A DNA stretch of 64,000 bases from Alphaproteobacteria bacterium (GTDB lineage Bacteria; Pseudomonadota; Alphaproteobacteria; CAAHEQ01; UBA3637). The DNA lies in NCBI GenBank assembly GCA_015062245.1, contig SUVA01000001.1, positions 12,856 to 76,855 of the forward strand. Direction: 5' to 3'. The position numbers were made by a program, and so were the translations under genes. The notes below the pieces were generated by a model that worked only from the letters and a program-made list of their open reading frames with translations, made no database searches and was not told the DNA's origin. Below, piece after piece: positions 57,872-64,000 of this stretch. The stretch's first letter is position 1. Every line of letters begins with the position of its first letter.

Positions 57872-58537
57872 TTAATCGTCCATATATTGACGGCCGGATT
57901 TCCAATAATCATAACCGGTCATAATTGTCAAAATGGCTGCCCCCCAAAAGAAAATGGTCCCCAAGAATGTGAAGAAACCATTGGCAATACCGGCTTCGTT
58001 TGAAATCATCAACATCGGCAAAGCCATCATTTGACAGGCTGTTTTCCATTTGGCCAAACGGGTAACAGGACAACCGACTTTGATTTCGGCCAAAAATTCA
58101 CGCAAACCCGAAACCAAAATTTCACGACATAAAATAATAACAGCCGGAATCACCATAATGCCCTGCAAGCGATCTTCCCACGCCAACATCACCAAAATTG
58201 AACCGACCAACAATTTGTCGGCAATCGGATCCAACACACGGCCAAAACGGCTGAGTTGATTCCAATGGCGGGCCAAATAACCGTCCAAATAATCGGTAAT
58301 GCCGGCAATAATAAACAACACAACGCCAACCCAAGCCCACATAACAGAACTTTCCGGTGACATTTCCTTAAAGAAAAACGTTAAAACAATCAAAGGAATC
58401 GCCCACATACGCACCATTGTCAATAAATTGGGAATGTTGACTTTTTTTTCGGCTTTTTTCAAAACAGGCGCCACCTTTTTTTGAATTACAGGTGCCACTT
58501 TTGCCTTTAAGCTTTTCTTTGATTTTGTTTTTTTCAT
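57872..58537 (-). CDS. pgsA: CDP-diacylglycerol--glycerol-3-phosphate 3-phosphatidyltransferase
   Basis: CDP-alcohol phosphatidyltransferase motif DYLDGYLAR ... GRVLDPIADK; K-rich N-terminal extension; conserved uvrC-pgsA order. Confidence 0.8.
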   Translation of the reverse strand: MKKTKSKKSLKAKVAPVIQKKVAPVLKKAEKKVNIPNLLTMVRMWAIPLIVLTFFFKEMSPESSVMWAWVGVVLFIIAGITDYLDGYLARHWNQLSRFGRVLDPIADKLLVGSILVMLAWEDRLQGIMVIPAVIILCREILVSGLREFLAEIKVGCPVTRLAKWKTACQMMALPMLMISNEAGIANGFFTFLGTIFFWGAAILTIMTGYDYWKSGRQYMDD

Positions 58538-58558
58538 AAAAAACCCCTTTCGTTTTTT

Positions 58559-60367
58559 CTATGTTATAGCACTATTATGGAAAAAAGTATAGACTTTTTT
58601 TGCAATTTTTTCATTAAATCCGGGAATATTTTTAATTTGTTCCACGGAAGCCCCTGAAATGGCCCGCACGGACCCAAAGTGCAACATCAACATTTTGCGC
58701 CTTTTGGGGCCGATATCTTCAATGTCTTGCAATCGTTCATGGAAGTTTCCTTTTTCACGCTTTGCCCGATGTGAACCAATCACAAAGCGATGTGCTTCAT
58801 CACGCAAACGTTGCAACAAATGCATTAAATCGCCTTTTAAATCCAAATGAATGGGGGTATTTGGATCCGAGTTTAAATAAAAAATTTCCAAGCCTTTATC
58901 GTGTTGCCCTGCCCCTTTGGCCATCGCCAAAACTTTCATTTGAATTTGCAATTCATCCAACACCTGCATTACCGAAGACAATTGCCCCTTACCACCATCC
59001 AACAACAAAGCATCCGGCAGGCATCCGTCATTTTTGCCACGTATTAAACGCCGTTTTAACACATACCGCATCATACCAAAATCATCGCCGGCCAATTCTT
59101 GGGGAACATTATAACGGCGGTATCTGTTTTTTAAAAATCCGTCGGGACCAGCCGATACAACCGCCCCAACGGCATTTGTGCCCTGTAAATGACTGTTATC
59201 AAAAATATCCACAATTTTTAAATCACTCACACCCAATAAATCCGCAAAAGCCTGCCATGTTTTTTGTTTGTTTTCCTTGGTATTCAAGGCCCGTTCGGCC
59301 GATTGAAGCGCCTGAACCATCCAATCTTTTTTAATCTGTTTGAAGGGGGGATGATTTATTCTGATACGTTTTTGGGCAATTTCGCTGACAGCATTTGATA
59401 AAACATCATCTGTTTTCCACGAAAGACAAATCACATCCGGCGGTGGCACTTGGGTGTAAAGTTGCAAAATCAAACTGGCCAAAGTTTCATCCAATTCGTT
59501 TTCATCCACATGATTTAGGATATATTCTTGATGTCCCGTTAAACGGTCTGTTCTGTGGAAAAAGACCTGTAACGACAAAGTGTTGTTTGCATAGGCATAG
59601 GCAATTGTATCCGTATCATGATTGGGCAAAGCCTGACTGGTGCCTTGAATCCGATTGAGTGCGGCAATTTTATCACGCAAAACGGCGGCTTTTTCGTATT
59701 CCTGATTGGCGGACAGTTGCATCATTTGGGCCTGTAAATTTTCCTGAATGGTATAAGATTTTTGTGTTAGAAAATCCCTTGCCTGAGCCACTGATTTTTG
59801 ATAATCAAAAGGTGATATTTTTTGGCAACACGGTGCCGAACAACGTTTAATCTGATACATTAAACAAGGACGTGTGCGATTATTAAAATAGCTGTCTTTA
59901 CACGAACGCAACCCAAACAGTTTTTGTAATTCTATCAATGTGTGATTGACACTTTCGCCCGAATCAAAAGGCCCAAAATAATCCACGCCTTTTTGGCGTT
60001 TGCCCCGATATTTAAACAAACGGGGAAATTCATCTTTTGATAAAGCAATATACGGATAACTTTTATCGTCTTTTAATAAAATATTATAATAAGGGCGATA
60101 TTGTTTGATCAGTTCGTTTTCCAACAAAAAAGCCTCAGTTTCACCGGCTGTTTCAATCACCACAACATCTTTGACATGGGCCACCATTTCCCGAATGCGA
60201 AAAGACAATTTTTCGGGGCGTGTATAGTTGGTTAAACGATGAACTAAATCTTTGGCTTTGCCGACATATAAAACTTTGCCGTCTTCATCCAACATCCGAT
60301 AAACACCGGCTTTGTGTGAAAAAGTTTTAATTTTTTCTTTGATGATTTCGTGGCCCTGTTTCGTCAT
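58559..60367 (-). CDS. uvrC: Excinuclease ABC subunit C
   Basis: N-terminal GIY-YIG (GVYRMLDEDGKVLYVGKAKDL), UvrBC domain, RNase H-like and C-terminal HhH2 domains. Confidence 0.9.
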   Translation of the reverse strand: MTKQGHEIIKEKIKTFSHKAGVYRMLDEDGKVLYVGKAKDLVHRLTNYTRPEKLSFRIREMVAHVKDVVVIETAGETEAFLLENELIKQYRPYYNILLKDDKSYPYIALSKDEFPRLFKYRGKRQKGVDYFGPFDSGESVNHTLIELQKLFGLRSCKDSYFNNRTRPCLMYQIKRCSAPCCQKISPFDYQKSVAQARDFLTQKSYTIQENLQAQMMQLSANQEYEKAAVLRDKIAALNRIQGTSQALPNHDTDTIAYAYANNTLSLQVFFHRTDRLTGHQEYILNHVDENELDETLASLILQLYTQVPPPDVICLSWKTDDVLSNAVSEIAQKRIRINHPPFKQIKKDWMVQALQSAERALNTKENKQKTWQAFADLLGVSDLKIVDIFDNSHLQGTNAVGAVVSAGPDGFLKNRYRRYNVPQELAGDDFGMMRYVLKRRLIRGKNDGCLPDALLLDGGKGQLSSVMQVLDELQIQMKVLAMAKGAGQHDKGLEIFYLNSDPNTPIHLDLKGDLMHLLQRLRDEAHRFVIGSHRAKREKGNFHERLQDIEDIGPKRRKMLMLHFGSVRAISGASVEQIKNIPGFNEKIAKKVYTFFHNSAIT

Positions 60368-60425
60368 ACTTTATAGAATAGCCCGAAACCCGCCAAAAGT
60401 CAATTTTAAATTTTTTCCAATAATT

Positions 60426-61529
60426 TTAAAAGCGTGGGCTTAATGTTAAATTGTCCGCATAAATCCTGAACGTTTTGATATGATTTTTTTTGCCCTTTTT
60501 AACGGCACGAATCAAAACATTTTTGGCCGTATGTTCCATGGGAATAAACTCCATCACCTGAACACTGTATCCTTGGGCTTCCAATAAATTCGCCCGAACG
60601 GCATCCGTTAAAAGGGCCGAAAAACGTTCTTTAATCAAACCGTATTTTGTCATTATCGGCCAAGCATTTTTGATTTGAGAATTGATTTCATGCTGACAGC
60701 ACGGCACCGATAAAATAATCGGCACATCCCAACAAATAGCATTAAACAAAGCGTAATCCGTGGCGGTATCACAGGCATGTAAAGATACAATCATATCTAT
60801 TTGCTTTGTCGGTTTAAATCCATTGATATCACCAATTTGAAATGATAAATTTTGATAACCGTATTTTTCGGCCACAATATTGCATTTTTCAATAACTTCC
60901 GATTTTAAATCCAGTCCGATAACCGTCGCATTTAATTTTTTGATTTCGGTTAAATAATAGTATAACACAAAAGTCAAATACGATTTTCCGCAACCAAAGT
61001 CAATAACCGTGATATCAGCTTTGGACCAATTCTTTAAAGTGTCATCCACCATTTCCAAAAACTTATTTATTTGACGGAATTTATCCATTTGTGAGGCAAT
61101 AATTTTGCCCTCTTTTGTCATAACACCAATATCAATTAAAGGCGGAATTTTTTCATTTTCAGGCAACAAATAATTTTTAAGCCGGTTATGAGTTTGAATT
61201 TTTTCGTTTCTTTGTTCATGGTGATGGGTTGAAACAATCATTTTTCCTTTTTTGCTGACTTTGATTTCAATATCTTCATGCGTGGCAAAAAAATTCAATT
61301 GTTTATATTTAACATTAAATAATTCTTGGATACGATTATTTAAATCAGAAATTGTTTTGATGTTTTCCTGAAAAGCCTGTTTATCCGTATAAAGGGTCAT
61401 TTGCCACATAGATTTATTTTTAATTAAAATGGGCACAATAACCGCCTTATTATAGGCAAAAGATTTATCCTTTTTATTACTTAAAACAATTTTTGAAAAA
61501 GGCTGTTTTAAAAGTTCGTTTATTTGCAT
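60426..61529 (-). CDS. Class I SAM-dependent methyltransferase (Methyltransf_32-like) with about 150-aa N-terminal domain of unknown function
   Basis: Motif I VIDFGCGKSYL; downstream VSLHACDTATD motif. Confidence 0.65.
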   Translation of the reverse strand: MQINELLKQPFSKIVLSNKKDKSFAYNKAVIVPILIKNKSMWQMTLYTDKQAFQENIKTISDLNNRIQELFNVKYKQLNFFATHEDIEIKVSKKGKMIVSTHHHEQRNEKIQTHNRLKNYLLPENEKIPPLIDIGVMTKEGKIIASQMDKFRQINKFLEMVDDTLKNWSKADITVIDFGCGKSYLTFVLYYYLTEIKKLNATVIGLDLKSEVIEKCNIVAEKYGYQNLSFQIGDINGFKPTKQIDMIVSLHACDTATDYALFNAICWDVPIILSVPCCQHEINSQIKNAWPIMTKYGLIKERFSALLTDAVRANLLEAQGYSVQVMEFIPMEHTAKNVLIRAVKKGKKNHIKTFRIYADNLTLSPRF

Positions 61530-61624
61530 TTTTGATTGGGGCCAATTTTAAATTTGATTTGTTGTGTGTTTTGTTTTTCTGTGAATTTTAACAAAAGCCC
61601 CATGAAATGTCAAGCATTATAAAA

Positions 61625-61706
61625 AAGTCGCCCAAACGGACGACTTATCTGAACTGGTAGAGAACGTCTTGCCCCGCACGGACTGAAAAAGACAAAAAAA
61701 TAACCT
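61625..61706 (-). repeat. Conserved 3'-UTR/terminator module of the MORN-like cassette, degraded copy 1
   Basis: Shares CACGGACTGAAAAA and the terminal hairpin plus T-run with copies at 62543..62660 and 63585..63694; the first hairpin AACCTCTACC is half-lost here. Confidence 0.6.
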
Positions 61707-62324
61707 CTATCGAGCTTTTAAATCTTTTAATTTTTTCTGTCTCGCCATACGTTCGACTTTTCTTTCTGCTTTCTCCTGTTCTGTCTTTGGAAAAACTTCT
61801 CTATAGTCACGCACAAGTTCTTTTTTACGCCCTTTGCTACAAGAACTGTCCAAAAGTTTTGTCAGTGTTCTTCTTTTTCGAATGTGTCTAAATCCAAAAA
61901 TAGGGATAGAAACCCCTTTATCTATAACTTTTCCATCTCGATATCGAACAAAAGCCCCTTCAGGGCGTATACCTATACCATCATAACGCCCAACGTACTT
62001 ACATTTTATATCCTTCCCATTTGAAGCGTATATTTCTCTTAAAATTTTACCATCTGAACGAGAACTCTCCTTTGCCCAAACTTTTCCACCATCATAATAC
62101 TCTGTATAAAGCCACTTTCCATCCTTATGTACAAATTTAGACTCTATTTCACCACTTTCATCAAAATTCAAACTCTCCCCATCAAGAAGGCCATTTTTGT
62201 CTACAATACGAATTCCTTCAATCCTCCCCTTCCCCAAAAGAACATCCCAAAAACTTCTGGGGGAATAATATTCTATTTTTTGAATATGACCATCCTTTAA
62301 CTTTTTTCTAACTGTTTCACGCAT
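61707..62324 (-). CDS. MORN/YwqK-like repeat protein, paralog A
   Basis: Start at 62324 (MRETVRKKLKDGHIQ) with RBS GAAAGGAAAT. Shares N-terminal box, G-periodic repeats (YxxxG, DGK) and the C-terminal REYREVFPKTEQEKAERK...KxLKA box with 62678..63319. Confidence 0.55.
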   Translation of the reverse strand: MRETVRKKLKDGHIQKIEYYSPRSFWDVLLGKGRIEGIRIVDKNGLLDGESLNFDESGEIESKFVHKDGKWLYTEYYDGGKVWAKESSRSDGKILREIYASNGKDIKCKYVGRYDGIGIRPEGAFVRYRDGKVIDKGVSIPIFGFRHIRKRRTLTKLLDSSCSKGRKKELVRDYREVFPKTEQEKAERKVERMARQKKLKDLKAR

Positions 62325-62542
62325 TCTATTTCCTTTCAATTGAATTAAGTCATATCTCAATTAAAACAAATTTTCCCCATAAAGTCAACAGTTTTTCGAA
62401 TTAAAATTTCTGAGAGAAATTTTAGCTATCCAGATGATAAGATATTGATAAATAAGGATATTTCTTAATTACTGGTCCGTGTAAGCATCATTTTTGGCCT
62501 TCTTTGATACAACCTCACACGGACTTGTATAACTTATTGATT

Positions 62543-62660
62543 TTAAAAGAAAAAAGCGCCTTCATCAGGCGCTATCCAAGAACTGGTGGAGGAGGTCTTG
62601 CAGGACACGGACTGAAAAATCACAAAGAACAACCTCTACCATCACGCAGGTAGAGGTTAA
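62543..62660 (-). repeat. 3'-UTR module copy 2: stem-loop AACCTCTACC/GGTAGAGGTT, then 60-nt spacer, then rho-independent terminator
   Basis: Read on the minus strand after the gene B stop: AACCTCTACC-tgcgtga-TGGTAGAGGTT ... CAGTCCGTG ... AGCGCCTGATGAAGGCGCT-TTTTTT. Confidence 0.65.
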
Positions 62661-62677
62661 AATTTGAAATAATTTTT

Positions 62678-63319
62678 TTATTTTCCTTGAGCTTTTAACT
62701 CTTTTATTTTTTTCTGTCTTGCCACACGTTCGGCTTTTCTTTCTGCTTTTTCCTGTTCTGTTTTGGGAAAAACCTCTCTGTATTCCCTAACCGTGTGTTT
62801 TTTATTTCCTTTGCTAGTCACACTATCTAGAAACTCAGTCAGTCCTTTTCTATCCTTAATGGTTTTTCCATTTGTACGAACACCTTTATCCACTACCTGT
62901 TCATTCTGATCATATTCAACAAAATGTCCATCGGGTATCCATGTTGTTCTAATTGAATCCTCAAAATGCGGATCATATGAATATTTTTGATATCCTGTAA
63001 ATTCTTCTTCTTTTGTTCCGTCTGGTCTATATATATACGTTGTTCTTGCATGGTCGGATTTTTTACTGTGAAGCTTTCCTTTTGTATCATAATTTTCATC
63101 GGATATTAATAGGTTTTTCTTATACACACATCTACTAGAAATACTCCCGTCTTTTCTATAGCTAATACATTCTCCATCTTTTTTACCGTTTTTATCAAAG
63201 ATCATAATATCTTCAATTTGTCCTCTTCCCAAAAGAACATCCCAAAAACTTCTTGGATGATAATAATATGTCACCTGTATATGACCATCTTTTAACTTTT
63301 TTCTAACTGTTTCACGCAT
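62678..63319 (-). CDS. MORN/YwqK-like repeat protein, paralog B
   Basis: 213 aa; RBS GAAAGGAATATTAAATG; same N- and C-terminal boxes as paralog A with a divergent middle. Confidence 0.55.
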   Translation of the reverse strand: MRETVRKKLKDGHIQVTYYYHPRSFWDVLLGRGQIEDIMIFDKNGKKDGECISYRKDGSISSRCVYKKNLLISDENYDTKGKLHSKKSDHARTTYIYRPDGTKEEEFTGYQKYSYDPHFEDSIRTTWIPDGHFVEYDQNEQVVDKGVRTNGKTIKDRKGLTEFLDSVTSKGNKKHTVREYREVFPKTEQEKAERKAERVARQKKIKELKAQGK

Positions 63320-63488
63320 TTAATATTCCTTTCGGTTTAATCGATCTAGGTTTTTATTAAAACAAAAGTTCACCTTATAGTCAACAGTTTTTTGAAATAT
63401 ATGGGATAAATTTTTGATTTCCCGAAGCTCGGATATTGATTTCAAAGGATTTTTACACACTTGCACACGGACTTGTCCATTTTTATCT

Positions 63489-63575
63489 GTCATGCCCCAC
63501 TTGATAGGGCATCCAGTGGCTATATATTCCTTATTGTGTACTTACGCATTTGATTCCCGATCAGGTCGGGAATGA
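63489..63575. repeat. MITE-like element copy 2 (GTCATGCCCCACTTGATAGGGCATCCA ... GGGAATGAC)
   Basis: Same 27-nt 5' end and GGAATGAC terminus as 38651..38740; internal hairpin TTCCCGA-tcaggt-CGGGAA; sits about 170 nt upstream of the paralog B start. Confidence 0.45.
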
Positions 63576-63584
63576 CTCTAAGTA

Positions 63585-63694
63585 AAAAAAGCGCCGTTTT
63601 CAGGCGCTATCCAAGAACTGGTGGAGGAAGTCTTGCATAGCACGAACTAAATTTCATAAAAAATAACCTCTACCATCGCGTAGGTAGAGGTTGA
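63585..63694 (-). repeat. 3'-UTR module copy 3
   Basis: AACCTCTACC-atcgcgt-AGGTAGAGGTT hairpin, then terminator AAAGCGCC-gttttc-AGGCGCT. Confidence 0.6.
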
Positions 63695-63697
63695 AAT

Positions 63698-64000
63698 TTA
63701 TACACGCCCCTGCTTCACAGTACTTTGAATACGCATTTTTTCGGCACGGTCTTTATCAATTATTTTTTGCATTTCTTCTGCACTTATATTTTTGACTTTT
63801 TGTCTTACTCCTTTATTTATTTCAACCATCTTTCCTCCAACCATTTCAATTGTATCTGGAGAAGTAAATTGGTAAACAGGTGTTGCTTCCATAGTTGTAG
63901 AGTATACCGCATAGGAATCTAGCCCCAACAGGGAACCTTCAATCCATTCAAAAGGTTTGTTTCCCTTTTCTCTAAAAACTACTTTTCTTTCATGTTCAAT
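63698..64000 (-). CDS. Third paralog of the cassette family, 3' part only (gene runs past the window end)
   Basis: C-terminal KDRAEKMRIQSTVKQGRV* resembles the K/R/E-rich tails of paralogs A and B and is followed by the same 3' module; the reading frame stays open upstream of the track's first Met. Confidence 0.3.
   Translation of the reverse strand: MEHERKVVFREKGNKPFEWIEGSLLGLDSYAVYSTTMEATPVYQFTSPDTIEMVGGKMVEINKGVRQKVKNISAEEMQKIIDKDRAEKMRIQSTVKQGRV

Noticed and set aside
61707-62360. N-terminal 12-aa extension (MRYDLIQLKGNR) of paralog A
   Set aside because: The track start is a TTG. The conserved MRETVRKK start with a strong RBS at 62324 matches paralog B.

Overview
This is an AT-rich (~35-40% GC) chromosomal segment that reads as alphaproteobacterial, possibly host-associated. 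Taxon markers seen directly: a two-piece (circularly permuted) tmRNA with tag ANDNFAPVAMAA, an RNase E with an insertion inside its S1 domain, HdaA, and the conserved acpP-fabF-mltG, radA-cvpA and uvrC-pgsA neighbourhoods. Housekeeping genes on both strands include ftsK, lolA, hda, nagZ, hisS, obg, rpmE, rne, amiC-like, acpP, fabF, mltG, tyrS, mscL, dsbA-like, comEC, recX, a family-4 UDG, radA, cvpA, cdd, rlmH, pgsA and uvrC. There are two divergent Mla/MCE-type ABC systems, TolC- and FadL-family outer-membrane proteins and several other predicted beta-barrels, plus tRNA-Ser(GGA) and tRNA-Arg(UCU). The accessory content stands out. (1) A tight four-gene minus-strand operon (42684..47237) encodes a VirD4/TraG/DotL-type type IV coupling protein. 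It is preceded by a 380-aa two-TM membrane protein and followed by two small proteins, one acidic, with no other T4SS genes nearby; the layout is DotM-DotL-like. (2) A hydCBA operon encodes a trimeric NuoE/NuoF-coupled [FeFe]-hydrogenase, and the catalytic subunit carries all three H-cluster motifs. (3) Three disulfide-rich secreted proteins are present. One contains a near-identical 120-bp tandem duplication. Another has a type IVb prepilin-like leader and N-terminal helix and lies near comEC, with a (TG)8 tract and a MITE-like element upstream. (4) At least three tandem MORN/YwqK-like paralog cassettes sit at the window end, each with conserved 5' and 3' UTR modules. (5) A transposase-derived zinc-ribbon/HTH domain is fused to an SGNH hydrolase. 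(6) A partial duplication of the tRNA-Ser 3' end looks like an att-type scar. No CRISPR array, rRNA or intact IS element was seen.
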